64,000 nt of DNA from an uncultured Gemmatimonadaceae bacterium (GCA_963822945.1 CAWGJO010000017.1:12902-76901), one strand, 5' to 3'; counted from the stretch's first letter, positions 1 to 17,369 are shown. Made by a program: numbers and translations. The notes: generated from the letters alone by a model not told the origin.

Positions 1-351
1 CCGGGGCGACCGCACGGGCGCCCCATCCTCGCGCGCTTCGGCCGACATCCGGCGTCCCAGTTCGAGGGACGCGTGGATCGTCACCGCGCGCACCAATCCT
101 ACCCCACCGACCGCACGTAGAGCCGCCACGGGCTGCATGGCGATGCGTCGCAACGACCCCCCGGCGGCGGCCAGCACGTCTTCGCCGAGCCGAAGCGCCG
201 ATCGGCCCGCGCTGCCGGAGCCGAGGACGATGGCCAACAGTTCGGGCGAGGAAAGAGCACGCGCTCCCAGGTCGATCAACCGTTCCCGCGGGCGCTCAGA
301 GCGGGGCAACTCATGAATAGTTAGCGCACGAGCCTTCGACTGGCTAGCCAT
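1..351 (-). CDS. radC: RadC/JAB-domain protein, N-terminal part (runs off window start)
   Basis: Manual translation from ATG at 351: MASQSKARALTIHELPRSERPRERLIDLGARALSSPELLAIVLGSG...IHASLELGRR, the typical RadC N-terminus; absent from ORF track. Confidence 0.85.
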   Translation of the reverse strand, partial: MASQSKARALTIHELPRSERPRERLIDLGARALSSPELLAIVLGSGSAGRSALRLGEDVLAAAGGSLRRIAMQPVAALRAVGGVGLVRAVTIHASLELGRRMSAEAREDGAPVRSPR

Positions 352-473
352 GTGGCGGGTCCTCCGACCGTAGTGCAACGGAAGCCGTTGCCGGGGCGAA
401 GGATGCATCGCGAAGGCGCGGTGGGCGCCACCAAAAGCCCGCCGGTCGTGGCCCTTCCTACGAGCGGCGGAGA

Positions 474-501
474 CCGCCGCGCGCTCGGGAGCGCGCGGCG
501 G
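474..501 (-). terminator. GC-rich hairpin just after secA stop
   Basis: Inverted repeat ccgccgcgcgctc-gg-gagcgcgcggcgg; no clear U-tract. Confidence 0.45.
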
Positions 502-510
502 GACACGGGA

Positions 511-3797
<3,287 letters not shown>

Positions 3798-3801
<4 letters not shown>

Positions 3802-4391
3802 GCAGTCCCCTGTCGGTACAACCCGGCCGTGGCGATGAAGTCCGCCACGGCTGCGGCGACGAATCCGCGAATCGGCCGGCCGCGCGCGACCCGCGTCCGG
3901 ATCTCGGTGGCCGAAACGTCCACCCGGCGCGTGTGCAGCCGGACGACGCCCTCCGCCGGAACGCCCGGCGGCACCGCCACGGCGTCGTCTCCGGCCCGGT
4001 GCATCACCGCGATCCGGGCAAGGGTCGCGATCCGCGCCGGTTCCCGCCACTGCGGGAAGGTCGCGAACGCGTCGGCCCCGATGAGGAAGAACCGCTCCGC
4101 ATCCGGATACCGTTCCGCAAATGTCGCCAACGTATCAACCGTGTAAGATAATCCCTTTCGCTCGATTTCGATCGCCGACACCGAAAATCGCGGGTCGCCG
4201 TCCACCGCGTAGTGCGTCATGGCCAGGCGCTGCTCCGGCGACGCCACCATCTGCCCCTGCTTGAGAGGCTGGGCCGCAGCCGGGACGAAGACCAGCTGAT
4301 CGAGCCCCAATTCGTCGTAGGCGTCGCTGGCCGCCAGCAGGTGCCCGACGTGGGGCGGGTCGAAGCTGCCCCCGAAGATGCCGAGCCGCAT
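3798..4391 (-). CDS. nadD: Nicotinate-nucleotide adenylyltransferase
   Basis: [14 protein letters not shown] (HxGH), [20 protein letters not shown]. Confidence 0.95.
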
Positions 4392-4394
4392 GGC

Positions 4395-5195
4395 TCAGCG
4401 GATCGGAGGCGGCGCTCCGGGCGCCTTCGACGTGTCGGCGGGAGCCTTCACCCCGCGGCAGTCGTCCCGGACCTTGCCGTCGTTCGGGTACAGCGAGCGC
4501 ATCTGGTTGCAGATGTCGGCCAGGTCGTCGGTGTAGTGGATCTTGCGGTACGACTCGGCCAGGCGGAGCATCGCCAGCCGGGCGTGACCGGTCTCCGGCC
4601 ACTTGCTCACGACGTCCTTGAAGTAGAGGATCGCCGAATCCCAGGCGTTGTTCCGGAAATAGAACATGCCCGTGTCGTAGTCCTTGGTCGCGAACCACTC
4701 GTTCAGCTTGGCGATCTGCGTCCGGGCCGAGTCGGCCACGGCGGTGTCTGTCTGCGCGTACAGCTGCAGCAGCATCGTGTACGTCTGCATCGCCGTCAGC
4801 CCGTACGTCTCGTCGAGCGATGGCTTGTGCCAGAGGGACTGGTACGCCCGTCCCGCCGCCAGGTCCGCATGCGGGGCCAGCGAATCGTCGGGAAACGACT
4901 CGACGAGACGCGAGAACGCCTGGGCCGCCAGCAGGTCGTCGCCCTGCCGGAGATGCGCCATCCCCAGGTACCAATACGACGGCACGAGCAACGTGTCGCG
5001 GATCCCGAGGTCGAGCGTCAGCTTGTCGAATCCGGAGACGGCGTTGTCCCAGTGATGCTTGCGGAATTCGGTGAGCGACGCCTTGTACAGGGCTTCGTTG
5101 GTGGGAAACTTGGTGACGACGAAGGCCGGCCGGCAGGCCGCGGCGGCGAGCCCCAGCGCCAGCGCCGCCACCAGTCCGCGGGTCTGTCGATGCAT
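4395..5195 (-). CDS. bamD: Outer-membrane assembly lipoprotein BamD (TPR)
   Basis: Signal peptide with lipobox-like AAAC; TPR-like helices; LVESFPDDSLA, GMFYFRNNAWDSAILYF; start at MHRQ inferred. Confidence 0.8.
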   Translation of the reverse strand: MHRQTRGLVAALALGLAAAACRPAFVVTKFPTNEALYKASLTEFRKHHWDNAVSGFDKLTLDLGIRDTLLVPSYWYLGMAHLRQGDDLLAAQAFSRLVESFPDDSLAPHADLAAGRAYQSLWHKPSLDETYGLTAMQTYTMLLQLYAQTDTAVADSARTQIAKLNEWFATKDYDTGMFYFRNNAWDSAILYFKDVVSKWPETGHARLAMLRLAESYRKIHYTDDLADICNQMRSLYPNDGKVRDDCRGVKAPADTSKAPGAPPPIR

Positions 5196-5236
5196 AGAGT
5201 GAGAAACATAATGGGGCACGACCCCGGAGGGCATCC

Positions 5237-6220
5237 TCACGCCCCGGATTTCCCGGCCGGCCGTGGTACCCGCGGCGCCATGCGCGTCGTGCCCATCAGG
5301 GCGCGGAAGTACTCGATGGTGCGTGACAGCCCATCGCGCAGCTCGACCTTCGGTTCCCACTCGAGCATCGTGCGGGCCCGCGTGATGTCGGGCTGGCGGA
5401 GACGGGGGTCGTCCTTCGGCAGCGGCTCATGCACCACCGGCGCCGGGCTCCCGGTCAGCTCCACCACCAGCTCGGCGAGCTGGGTCACCGTGTGTTCCGT
5501 GGGATTCCCGATGTTGGTCGGCTGATGGTCCCCGCGCATGAACAGCCGGAAGATGCCTTCCACCTCGTCTTCGACGTAGCAGAAGCTGCGCGTCTGCCGG
5601 CCCTCCCCGTAGATCGTGATCGGCTCCCCGTTCAGCGCCTGGACGATGAAATTGGACACCACCCGGCCATCGCGCGGACGCATGCGCGGCCCGTACGTAT
5701 TGAAGATGCGCACGATCCGGGTGTCGAGTCCGTGGTAGGTGTGATAGGCCATGGTCATCGCTTCGGCGAACCGTTTCGCCTCATCATAGACACCACGCGG
5801 CCCGACGGGGTTCACGTTTCCCCAGTATGTCTCCTTCTGGGGGTGCTCCAGGGGGTCGCCGTACACCTCCGAGGTGGAGGCGATGAGGAATCGGGCGCCC
5901 TTGGCCATGGCCAGCCCCAGGGCGTTGTGCGTCCCCAGGGAGCCGACTTTCAGCGTCTGGATGGGCAGTTCCAGGTAGTCCACCGGACTCGCCGGCGACG
6001 CGAAGTGCAGCACCCCATCGACGTCGCCCGGCACGTACATGAACGTCGAGACGTCGTGGCGGATGAGCGAGAACCGGTCGTTGCCCATCAGATGGGCGAT
6101 GTTGTCCGGATGGCCGGTCACGAAGTTGTCGATCCCCACCACGGTGTGGCCGTCGGCGAGGAACCGGTCGCACAGATGCGAACCGAGAAAGCCGGCGGCT
6201 CCGGTGATGACGATTCTCAC
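5237..6220 (-). CDS. UDP-glucuronate decarboxylase (UDP-xylose synthase), SDR
   Basis: [58 protein letters not shown]. Confidence 0.9.
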   Translation of the reverse strand: MRIVITGAAGFLGSHLCDRFLADGHTVVGIDNFVTGHPDNIAHLMGNDRFSLIRHDVSTFMYVPGDVDGVLHFASPASPVDYLELPIQTLKVGSLGTHNALGLAMAKGARFLIASTSEVYGDPLEHPQKETYWGNVNPVGPRGVYDEAKRFAEAMTMAYHTYHGLDTRIVRIFNTYGPRMRPRDGRVVSNFIVQALNGEPITIYGEGRQTRSFCYVEDEVEGIFRLFMRGDHQPTNIGNPTEHTVTQLAELVVELTGSPAPVVHEPLPKDDPRLRQPDITRARTMLEWEPKVELRDGLSRTIEYFRALMGTTRMAPRVPRPAGKSGA

Positions 6221-7527
6221 GAGGCGGGCCTCCGTCCGATGGACGCGTACGAGAATCCCTGGGCGCGCATCTTGGCGGGATCATAGAGGTTGCGGCCGTC
6301 GACGACGATCGGCCGCTTGAGGGCCTGTTTGATACGCGCGAAGTCGGGGTGGCGATACTCGTTCCAGTCGGTGACGACGACCAGGGCATCGCATCCGTCG
6401 AGCGCCGCGTACCCGGTCTCGGCGTAGCCGATGCGGTCGCCGATCCGGCGCCGCGCTTCCTCCATCGCCACCGGATCGTGCGCGGTGACCCGCGCGCCGG
6501 CGTCGAGCAGCGCCGCGATCAGGACCAGCGCCGGCGCTTCCCGCATGTCGTCGGTGTTGGGCTTGAATGCCAGGCCCCACACCGCCACGTGCGCTCCGCG
6601 CAGTTCGTCGCCCAGCAGCGCTTGCAGCTTCTCGAACAGCCGGTGCTTCTGCCGGTCGTTCACCTGCTCCACCGATTCGAGGATCGCCAGGGGCGCGTCG
6701 AAGTCGTGTCCGGTGCGGACCAGCGCCTTCACGTCCTTCGGAAAACAGGACCCGCCGTACCCCGGCCCCGGGAAGAGGAACGCCGGGCCGATCCGCTCGT
6801 CGCTGCCGATGCCCTTGCGCACCAGGTCCACGTTGGCGCCGACCCGTTCGCACAGATTCGCGATCTCGTTCATGAACGAGATGCGCGTCGCCAGCATGGC
6901 ATTGGCGGCGTACTTGGTCATCTCGGCGGACGGGATGTCCATGAAGATGATGGGCTTCCCGGTGCGCACGAACGGGGCGTACAGCTCCGCCATCACACTG
7001 CGGGCGTGGTCCGTGTCGACCCCGATCACGACGCGGTCCGGCTTCATGAAGTCGTCCACCGCCGCGCCTTCCTTGAGGAACTCGGGGTTGCTGCAAATGT
7101 GGTACGGCAGCTGGGCGTGCGGCGCGATGGCCGCCGAGACCTTGGCCGCCGTGCCCACCGGCACGGTGGACTTGGTGACCACCACCAACTCCCGCGTCAT
7201 GTGCTTGCCGATCTGCGTGGCCACGTCCAGGACGTGGCGCAGGTCCGCGGAGCCGTCCTCATCGGGCGGCGTACCGACCGCGATGAACACCACGTCCGCG
7301 TCGGCGATGCTCGCCCCCACGTCCGCGCTGAACTGCAACCGCCCCGCCTGCTGGTTCCGCGCCACGTACGCGTCGAGTCCCGGCTCGTAGATCGGCAGCA
7401 CGTTGCGTTGCAGCCGTTCGATCTTCCCGGCATCCACGTCCGCGCAACGCACCGTATTCCCGGTCTCGGCCAGGCATGCCCCGACCACGAGGCCCACGTA
7501 TCCCGTGCCAACGACGGTGATGTTCAT
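6217..7527 (-). CDS. ugd: UDP-glucose 6-dehydrogenase
   Basis: [48 protein letters not shown]. Confidence 0.93.
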   Translation of the reverse strand: MNITVVGTGYVGLVVGACLAETGNTVRCADVDAGKIERLQRNVLPIYEPGLDAYVARNQQAGRLQFSADVGASIADADVVFIAVGTPPDEDGSADLRHVLDVATQIGKHMTRELVVVTKSTVPVGTAAKVSAAIAPHAQLPYHICSNPEFLKEGAAVDDFMKPDRVVIGVDTDHARSVMAELYAPFVRTGKPIIFMDIPSAEMTKYAANAMLATRISFMNEIANLCERVGANVDLVRKGIGSDERIGPAFLFPGPGYGGSCFPKDVKALVRTGHDFDAPLAILESVEQVNDRQKHRLFEKLQALLGDELRGAHVAVWGLAFKPNTDDMREAPALVLIAALLDAGARVTAHDPVAMEEARRRIGDRIGYAETGYAALDGCDALVVVTDWNEYRHPDFARIKQALKRPIVVDGRNLYDPAKMRAQGFSYASIGRRPAS

Positions 7528-7563
7528 GCCGATCCCGTTGAGTGCACGCGGCCCGCCGCCGCG

Positions 7564-8916
7564 TCAGGCACCGGCGGCCGCCGGTTCGTCGGGCTCGCGC
7601 ACGGTGGCCAGCGAGAGCACCCGCGCCCGCGATGGGCGCGTGCGCACCGTCGCATTGCGCGAATCCACCACCAGATCCGTGTGATCCACGAGCCACTGAT
7701 AGTCCACCGCGCTGTGATCGGTGACGATCACGACGGCATCGGCCGCGTCGAGCTCCTGCTCGGTTAGGGGCACGCTGAACATCTCGTGGTCGTCCTCGCG
7801 CACCATGTTGATGTGCGGATCGTGGAACACCACCTCGGCGCCGTTGGACTGCAGCAACCGGATCACGTCCAGCGCCGGACTCTCGCGCACGTCGTCGATG
7901 TCCTTCTTGTACGCCACCCCGAGCACCAGGACGCGGCTGCCGTTCACCGCCTTCCGACGGTCGTTGAGGGCCTGCGCGACCTTCTCGACCACGAACGCCG
8001 GCATCTGGCTGTTGATCTCGCTCGCCAGATCGATGAACCGCGTCTTGTAGTTGAGCGTCCGCATCTTCCAGGCGAGGTAGTGCGGATCGAGCGGAATGCA
8101 GTGCCCGCCGATTCCGGGACCGGGCGTGAACTTCATGAACCCGAACGGCTTCGTCGCCGCCGCCTCGATCACCTCCCACACATCGACGCCCAGCTTGTCG
8201 CAGACGATCGCCATCTCGTTCGCCAGCCCGATGTTGACCGACCGGAAGGTGTTCTCCAGCAGCTTCGTCAATTCCGCCGTCTCGGCACTGGTCACTTCGA
8301 CCACCGTTTCGATGCAGACGCGGTAGAGCGCCGCCGCCACCTCACTGCACGCCGCCGTCACGCCGCCCACCACCTTGGGCGTGTTGCTCGTGTGATACCG
8401 GGGATTGCCGGGATCCACGCGCTCCGGGCTGAACGCCAGGAAGACGTCCTCGCCGACCACGAGTCCCGTACGTTCGAGCACCGGCTTCAGCAGTTCGCGC
8501 GTCGTGCCCGGATACGTCGTGCTCTCGAGCACCACCACCTGCCCCTTCCGCACGTGGCGGCCGATCGTCTCGGCGGCCGACAGCACGTAGCTCATGTCCG
8601 GATCGCGCGTCTTCACGAGCGGCGTCGGCACGGCGATCGAAATCGCATCGACCTCGCCCAGGCGGCTCTCGTCCGTCGTCGCGACGAAGGTGCCGGCCTT
8701 CACCAGCGCCGCCACGTCCGCCGCGGGCACGTCCTGAATATGGGACTCCCCGCGGTTGAGCAATGCCACCACGCGGTCACTCACGTCATAGCCCACCACG
8801 CGAAGCCCCGCCTTGGCGAACTCGACGGCCAGAGGAAGGCCCACGTATCCCAGTCCGATGATCCCAACCACGGCCTCTCGCCGTTCGATCTTGTCCAGCA
8901 GCGCGCGTTTCGACAT
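7564..8916 (-). CDS. UDP-GlcNAc 6-dehydrogenase (WbpA-like nucleotide-sugar dehydrogenase)
   Basis: GLGYVGLPLA, LESTTYPGTT, FSPERVDPGN, GGHCIPLDP, YKKDIDDVRESP. Confidence 0.85.
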   Translation of the reverse strand: MSKRALLDKIERREAVVGIIGLGYVGLPLAVEFAKAGLRVVGYDVSDRVVALLNRGESHIQDVPAADVAALVKAGTFVATTDESRLGEVDAISIAVPTPLVKTRDPDMSYVLSAAETIGRHVRKGQVVVLESTTYPGTTRELLKPVLERTGLVVGEDVFLAFSPERVDPGNPRYHTSNTPKVVGGVTAACSEVAAALYRVCIETVVEVTSAETAELTKLLENTFRSVNIGLANEMAIVCDKLGVDVWEVIEAAATKPFGFMKFTPGPGIGGHCIPLDPHYLAWKMRTLNYKTRFIDLASEINSQMPAFVVEKVAQALNDRRKAVNGSRVLVLGVAYKKDIDDVRESPALDVIRLLQSNGAEVVFHDPHINMVREDDHEMFSVPLTEQELDAADAVVIVTDHSAVDYQWLVDHTDLVVDSRNATVRTRPSRARVLSLATVREPDEPAAAGA

Positions 8917-8921
8917 GTGAG

Positions 8922-10034
8922 TTAGTGAGCGTAGAAGGATTTGACCGCCGCCACCACTTCATCCAACTGTCCGTTCGTCAATTCCGGATAGATCGGAAGC
9001 GACAAGACCTCGTGAGCCGCCTGCTCGGACACCGGACATGCGCCGGCCTGATAGCCCAGATACGCGAAGCACGGCTGCAGGTGCAGCGGCAGGGGGTAGT
9101 ACACCGAGGTGCCGATCCCCTTGCCCTTGAGGTACGCCTGCAGTTCGTCCCGCCGTTGGGCGCGAATGGTGTACTGGTTGAAGATCGACTCGTTTTCCGG
9201 GGTCACCGTCGGGGGCTTCACCTCGGCCACGTCGGCGAGTGCCCGGGTGTAGTGCCCGGCGTTCTGACGACGCTTGGCGCTCCACGCGGCCAGGTGTGGC
9301 AGCTTGGCCGACAGGATGACGGCCTGCAGCGCGTCGAGGCGGCTGTTGTAGCCGACTTCGTCATGGAAGTACTGCCGCGACCCGCCGTGCATCCGCAGCC
9401 GCTTCAGCCGCTCGGCCAGCGCCTGGTCCTGGGTCACCATCATGCCGCCGTCGCCGTAGCCACCCAGATTCTTCGATGGGAAGAAGCTGAAGGTGCCGAT
9501 CGTCGCGGCCTCACCCGCCATGCGCCACTCGCCATCGATCTTCCGGCGCGCACCGATGGACTGGGCCGCATCCTCGATCACCGGGATGCCCTTGGCGACG
9601 TTCATGATCGCCTCGATCGGCGCGATCTGTCCGAACAGATCCACGGGAACGATCGCCTTCGTGCGCGGCGTGATGGCGGCGGCGACCGCCTCCACGGAGA
9701 TGTTGAACGTGTCGGGGTCGATATCCACGAACACGGGGGTGGCGCCGACGTTGTGGATGGTGCCCGCCGTGGCGAAGAACGTGAACGGCGTCGTGATGAC
9801 TTCGTCCCCGGGACCGACGTCGAGCGCCCGAAGGGCCAACAGCAGGGCGTCCGTGCCGCTGGCGCAGCCGACGGCATACGCAGTGTGCGACAGCTCGGCC
9901 ACTTCGGCCTCGAGCCGCTCCACCGGAGCGCCAAGGATGAACAGCTGGGAATCGACCAACTCGAGCAGCGGCTTCACGATCTCATCCTTGATCGCGGCAT
10001 GCTGGGCTCTGAGGTCAAGCAGAGGAACTGGCAT
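8922..10034 (-). CDS. DegT/DnrJ/EryC1/StrS aminotransferase (WbpE-like)
   Basis: SGTDAL, FTFFATA, IEDAAQSIGA, SFFPSKNLGGYGDGG, GYNSRLDALQA. Confidence 0.9.
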   Translation of the reverse strand: MPVPLLDLRAQHAAIKDEIVKPLLELVDSQLFILGAPVERLEAEVAELSHTAYAVGCASGTDALLLALRALDVGPGDEVITTPFTFFATAGTIHNVGATPVFVDIDPDTFNISVEAVAAAITPRTKAIVPVDLFGQIAPIEAIMNVAKGIPVIEDAAQSIGARRKIDGEWRMAGEAATIGTFSFFPSKNLGGYGDGGMMVTQDQALAERLKRLRMHGGSRQYFHDEVGYNSRLDALQAVILSAKLPHLAAWSAKRRQNAGHYTRALADVAEVKPPTVTPENESIFNQYTIRAQRRDELQAYLKGKGIGTSVYYPLPLHLQPCFAYLGYQAGACPVSEQAAHEVLSLPIYPELTNGQLDEVVAAVKSFYAH

Positions 10035-10111
10035 CGTCAAATAGGGAAATGCCCGCCAGGCGGGCCATGGTCTTCTCTTCGTGAAAGTGGCGCAAGTGTA
10101 ACTGCCACTGA

Positions 10112-10140
10112 AACTTCGCCGTTACGCGCGCGGAGGTCAA
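10112..10140 (-). promoter_or_regulatory. Possible internal sigma70-type promoter upstream of the aminotransferase
   Basis: Minus strand TTGACC-17 nt-GAAGTT in the ~150-nt intergenic gap; the -10 match is weak. Confidence 0.3.
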
Positions 10141-10190
10141 TCGGCGATGGTACGACTCGCCCCAAGGTCCGCTCGTCACGGGTCCAGCCG

Positions 10191-11240
10191 TCAGTCACGC
10201 CCCCCTCCCTTCAACGGCAGGGGAACCGTTTCCCCGGTTTTCGCGGACTCGTAGATGGCGAGGATCAGTTCCAGCGACTTTCGGCCCGCCCGTCCGTCCG
10301 TGTCCGGCGTGCCCTCGCCCCGCAGGGTCGCCAACACGTTCTGGTAGTAACCCAAGTGGCCGAAGCCGTAGACGTTGGGTGGACTCGTGCTCACCGAGTC
10401 CACGAGCTTGTCGTCGTCGTCGTACTCGGCAAAGGCCCAGTGCTCCACCTTGTTCACCGCCGTGCCGCCGATCTTCACCGACCCCTTCTCCCCGAGGATG
10501 GTGATCGACCCTTCGAGGTTGCGCGGGTAGGTGAGCACGTTCACCTCGATGACGCCCAGGGCGCCCGAGCGGAACTTGAGGACGGCCGCCCCCGAATCCT
10601 CCGCCTCGATCCGCCGCGCCTGCGTGGCCGTCTTCGCGACGACGCTCTCCACGGGACCCACCAGCCACTGGACCAGATCGACGTAGTGCGAGGCCTGGTT
10701 CATGATCGCCCCGCCGTCGAATTCCCAGGTGCCGCGCCAGGGGGCGGCGTCGTAGTACTCCTGGGGCCGTTGCCACCGGACGGTCACGTTGGCCATGTAG
10801 ATGCGGCCGAACCGCCCCTTGTCCACGGCCCGACGCAGTAGCTGGATGGACGGATTGAGCCGGTTCTGTTTGACGACGAACAGCCGCACCCCGGAGGCGT
10901 CGCAGGCCTCGACCAGGTCGTCCGCCGCCTTGAGGGTGGTCGCCATCGGCTTCTCGCTGAGGACGTGCTTCCCGGCCCGCGCCGCCAGGACTCCCTGCGG
11001 CCCATGGAGGCCCGACGGCGTACAGAGGGCCACGACATCGCAGGGCGCCTCGCGCAGCGTCTCTTCCAGCGACGTGAACCACGGCACCCCGTGCCCCTCG
11101 CCGGCGGCACGCGCGCGCTCCGCATCGATGTCGCAGACCGCCGAGAGCCGGAGGCCGTCGGTCTGATCGATGGCGTCGAAGTGGTTCTTGCTGATGCGCC
11201 CGCATCCCACGAGCGCCACGTCGAAAGTCCGTTGAGTCAT
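10191..11240 (-). CDS. Gfo/Idh/MocA oxidoreductase (WbpB-like)
   Basis: VGCGRIS, LCTPSGLH, SEKPMA, QNRLNP, WRGTWEFDGGAIMNQASHYVDL. Confidence 0.88.
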   Translation of the reverse strand: MTQRTFDVALVGCGRISKNHFDAIDQTDGLRLSAVCDIDAERARAAGEGHGVPWFTSLEETLREAPCDVVALCTPSGLHGPQGVLAARAGKHVLSEKPMATTLKAADDLVEACDASGVRLFVVKQNRLNPSIQLLRRAVDKGRFGRIYMANVTVRWQRPQEYYDAAPWRGTWEFDGGAIMNQASHYVDLVQWLVGPVESVVAKTATQARRIEAEDSGAAVLKFRSGALGVIEVNVLTYPRNLEGSITILGEKGSVKIGGTAVNKVEHWAFAEYDDDDKLVDSVSTSPPNVYGFGHLGYYQNVLATLRGEGTPDTDGRAGRKSLELILAIYESAKTGETVPLPLKGGGRD

Positions 11241-11250
11241 GGGCGGTCGC

Positions 11251-11835
11251 TCAGGCGCCAGGGGCGGCGATGGGGCGGATCCCGTCACCGTGTCGTTCGT
11301 AGACGGCGCCACAGCCCGCGCAGCGGCCCTCACCGCTGTCCGGCAGGCGTTCGCCGCACTGACACATCCAGCCGATGCGCCGGCCGGGCACGCCGGCGAT
11401 CAGCGCGTACGCGGGCACGTCACGGGTGACCACCGCGCCCGCCCCGATGAAGGCGTACTCGCCCAGCGTCACCCCGCACACGATGGTCGCGTTGGCGCCG
11501 ATCGAGGCGCCGCGTTTCACGTGCGTGGTCCGGTACTCGTGCTTGCGCGACACGTGGCTGCGCGGATTCACGACGTTGGTGAACACCATGGAAGGTCCAC
11601 AGAACACGTCGTCGTCCAGGACCACCCCTTCGTAGATCGAGACGTTGTTCTGGATCTTCACGTTGTGGCCGATCTGAACGCCGTTCATCACCACCACGTT
11701 CTGCCCCAGGCTGCACCGCTCGCCGATCACGGCGCCCCCCATCACGTGACAGAAGTGCCAGATCCGGGTGCCGCGACCGATCTGGGCGCCCTCGTCCACG
11801 TAGGCGGATTCGTGAATGAATAGCGTTTCGCTCAT
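11251..11835 (-). CDS. Hexapeptide-repeat N-acetyltransferase (WbpD-like)
   Basis: [45 protein letters not shown]-terminal CQCG...CAGCG; ATG overlaps carB stop. Confidence 0.9.
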   Translation of the reverse strand: MSETLFIHESAYVDEGAQIGRGTRIWHFCHVMGGAVIGERCSLGQNVVVMNGVQIGHNVKIQNNVSIYEGVVLDDDVFCGPSMVFTNVVNPRSHVSRKHEYRTTHVKRGASIGANATIVCGVTLGEYAFIGAGAVVTRDVPAYALIAGVPGRRIGWMCQCGERLPDSGEGRCAGCGAVYERHGDGIRPIAAPGA

Positions 11836-14800
11836 ACCTCGACTCCGAGTTCGGCCTGCCACTCCTGGAGCGACTTCACCCGGGAGCGCCGCGACCGCAG
11901 CGAGAGAATGGCGTCGCTGGCCGCGCTCGCCGCCGACATCGTCGTGGTGTAGGCCACGTGGTTCCGAATGGCCGCCTGCCGGAGCGTGTAGTCGTCTCGC
12001 TGCGCGTGCTTCCCCAACGGGGTGTTCACCAGCAACTGCACCTCGCCATTGAGGATCAGATCGTGACAGTTGGGACGTCCCTCGTGCACCTTGAAGACGG
12101 GGTCGGCCGCAATGCCCCGCTGTCGCAAGTAGCGTGCCGTGCCGGCGGTCGCCACCAGCCGGAATCCCATCTCCTGGAAGCGGCGGGCGATGGGGATCAC
12201 GGTCGGCTTGTCCGAGTCGTTCACCGTCACGAGAATCGTCCCTTCGAGCGGCAGGCCGTTCCCCGCCGCGAGCTGCGCCTTGGCGAAGCTCGCCCCGAAC
12301 GAATCGGAGATGCCCATGACCTCGCCGGTGGAGCGCATTTCCGGACCAAGCACGGGATCGGTGCCGGGAAACTTCGTGAACGGGAACACCGCCTCCTTCA
12401 CCGAGACGTAGACCGGCGCGATCTCCTCCGTGAAGCCGATCGCGTCCAGCGTTTCGCCCAGCATCACACGCGCCGCAAGCGAGGCGAGCGGCACGCCGAT
12501 CGCCTTGGACACGAAGGGCACGGTCCGGCTGGCCCGCGGGTTCACTTCCAGCACGTACACGACGTGGTCCTTGATCGCGTACTGCACGTTCATGAGCCCC
12601 ACCACCCCGAGCGCCCTGGCCATGGCCGCGGTCTGCTCGCGCATGACCTCCATGTCGTCCTCGGTCACCAGATACGGCGGCAGCACGCACGCCGAATCGC
12701 CCGAGTGAATGCCGGCGTCCTCGATGTGCTGCATGATGCCGCCGATCACCACCCGCGTGCCGTCGGAGATGGCATCGACGTCCACCTCGAACGCATCCTC
12801 GAGGAACCGGTCGATGAGCACCGGACGTTCCTCGGAAACGTTCACGGCGGTTTCGAAATAGTGCTCCAGCGACGGCGCGTCGTACACGATCTGCATGGCG
12901 CGCCCACCCAGGACGTACGACGGCCGGACGAGCACCGGGTAGCCGATCCGCGACGCCGCCTCCAACGCCTCGGCGACGCTCGTCGCCGTGCCGTTCGGCG
13001 GCTGCGTGAGCCCCACCTCGCGGGCGATCTTCTCGAACCGCCGCCGGTCTTCGGCGATGTCGATCGCGTCGGGCGACGTGCCGAGGATCTTCACCCCGGC
13101 CGCCTCCAGCGGGCGGGTGAGCTTCAGCGGGGTCTGCCCGCCCAACTGGACGATGACGCCCTCCGGCTGCTCTCGCTGCACGATTTCGAGCACGTCCTCG
13201 AGCGTCAGTGGCTCGAAGTACAGCTTGTCGGAGGTATCGAAATCCGTCGAGACCGTCTCGGGGTTCGAGTTGATCATGATGGTCTCGAACCCCTGCTCGC
13301 GGAGCGCGATCGCGGCCCGCACGCAGCAGTAGTCGAATTCGACCCCCTGCCCGATGCGGTTCGGCCCGCTGCCGAGGATGACCACCGACTTGCGTCCGCT
13401 GCGCGGGGCCTCGGTCTCCTCATCGTAGCAGCCGTACAGGTACGGCGTGGACGACGGAAACTCGCCGGCGCAGGTGTCGACCATCTTGTACGACGGCCGC
13501 ACGCCCAACGCCCACCGGTGCGCCCGCACGTCCGCCTCCGTCTCGCCGCGGACCGCGGCGAGCTGCCGGTCGGAGAAGCCCATGCGCTTCATGCGCCGCA
13601 TCTCGAAGGCGCCCACCGATCCGAGCGCTGCATACCAGCGCTCGGCCTCGACGAGTTCGTGCATCTGCTGCAGGAACCACGGGTCGATCGCGGTCAGATC
13701 GGCCACGTCGTCCACCGTCATGCCCCGCAGAAACGCGCGCTTGATCTGGTAGATGCGTTCCGGTGTCGGCTGGCGGAGTGCGCCGGTCAGCGCCGCCTCG
13801 CTCTCGTCGGGGAGGCGATCGTCCACCGGCCGCGCCGCCACCGCCCAGCCGGGACGCCCGGTCTCGAGGGCGCGCAGTCCCTTCTGCAGCGCCTCCTTGA
13901 ACGTCCGCCCGATGGCCATCGCCTCCCCCACCGACTTCATCTGCGTGGTGAGATAGGGATTGGCCGCCGGGAACTTCTCGAACGCGAACCGCGGAATCTT
14001 CACGACGACGTAATCGAGCACCGGCTCGAACGAGGCCGGCGTCGTCTTCGTGATGTCGTTGGGGATCTCGTCGAGCCGGTAGCCCACGGCGAGCTTGGCC
14101 CCGATGCGCGCGATGGGGAATCCCGTGGCCTTGGATGCGAGGGCCGAGGAGCGCGAGACCCGCGGGTTCATCTCGATCACCAGCATCTCGCCGTCGCGCG
14201 GATTGACCGCGAACTGGATGTTGCAGCCGCCGGCTTCGACGCCGACTTCACGGATGATCGCCACCGCCGCATCGCGCATCAGCTGGTACTCACGGTCGGT
14301 GAGCGTCATCGCCGGCGCCACGGTGATCGAATCCCCGGTGTGCACGCCCATCGGATCGAGGTTCTCGATGGAGCAGACGATCACCACGTTATCGGCGTGG
14401 TCGCGCATCACCTCGAGTTCGAACTCCTTCCAGCCGATCACGCTGCGCTCGACGAGCACCTGCGTGGTGGGCGACTCGTCGAGCCCGCGGCGCACGATCT
14501 CCTCGAACTCGGTGCGATTGTACGCAATGCCGCCCCCCGTGCCGCCCAGCGTGTACGACGGCCGGATGATGGCCGGGAAGCGCCGTATCCTCGACGATGG
14601 CCAGCGCTTCGTCGAGCGTGGTGGCGATGCCGCCCTTCGCCACCGCCAGCCCGATCCGCGCCATCGCCTCTCCGAACAGCTTCCGGTCTTCGGCAATCGC
14701 GATCGCGCGCTGCTTCGCGCCGATCAGCTCCACGCCGTGCTTCTCCAGCACGCCCGACTCTGCCAGCGCCATCGCCACGTTCAGCGCCGTCTGGCCGCCC

Positions 14801-15052
14801 ATCGTCGGGAGCAGTGCATCCGGCTGCTCGCGTTCGATGATCAGCTCGACGTATTCCGGCGTGACCGGCTCGATGTACGTCCGGTCGGCCACCTCGGGGT
14901 CGGTCATGATCGTGGCCGGATTCGAGTTCACCAGCAGGACCTCGTAGCCCTCTTCCTTCAGGGCCTTCGCCGCCTGGGTGCCGGAGTAGTCGAATTCCGC
15001 TCCCTGGCCGATGACGATGGGACCGGAGCCGATGACGAGAATACGGTGGATG

Positions 15053-15069
<17 letters not shown>
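11832..15069 (-). CDS. carB: Carbamoyl-phosphate synthase large subunit (apparent frameshift near 14580)
   Basis: [63 protein letters not shown]-terminal MGS domain; two overlapping ORFs. Confidence 0.95.
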
Positions 15070-17052
<1,983 letters not shown>

Positions 17053-17089
17053 TCATCCCCCATCGATGTCAGATCGGGAATCCCCGACG

Positions 17090-17123
17090 AAAAAAAGGGG
17101 GAGCCGCCATGCGGTTCCCCCCT
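17090..17123 (-). terminator. Rho-independent terminator ending the alpha operon
   Basis: Minus strand GC-rich stem ggggaaccgc-atg-gcggctcccc followed by a run of 7 T, ~25 nt after rpmB stop. Confidence 0.85.
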
Positions 17124-17147
17124 CATCACGGCCAGGCGGAGCCACGG

Positions 17148-17366
17148 TCAGGCGGCTTGCCCGCGGGGCGCCCGCTTGACCTTCCCGGCGTGCAGGCAGC
17201 GCGTGCAGACCTTGACCTTGATGACCTTGCCCTTGGCGTCGACGATTCGAACGACCTGGAGGTTCGGCTTCCACGTGCGGCGGGTCTTGTTGTTGGCGTG
17301 CGAGACGTTGTTGCCGAACGCGACGCCCTTGTCGCAGACGTAGCAGCGGTTTCTCTGGATGGCCAT
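17148..17366 (-). CDS. rpmB: 50S ribosomal protein bL28 (Cys-containing form)
   Basis: [30 protein letters not shown]...VCTRCL. Confidence 0.95.
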   Translation of the reverse strand: MAIQRNRCYVCDKGVAFGNNVSHANNKTRRTWKPNLQVVRIVDAKGKVIKVKVCTRCLHAGKVKRAPRGQAA

Positions 17367-17369
17367 GCG

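Noticed and set aside
1..351. radC as a marker of a mobile element
   Set aside because: It has the N-terminal domain of the full-length chromosomal form and sits next to secA; no integrase or transposase visible
11958..14840. Very long antisense ORFs (960 aa here; also 43047..45779, 8925..10841 and others)
   Set aside because: Shadow frames of high-GC3 genes on the opposite strand; Arg/His/Val-rich with no domain motifs
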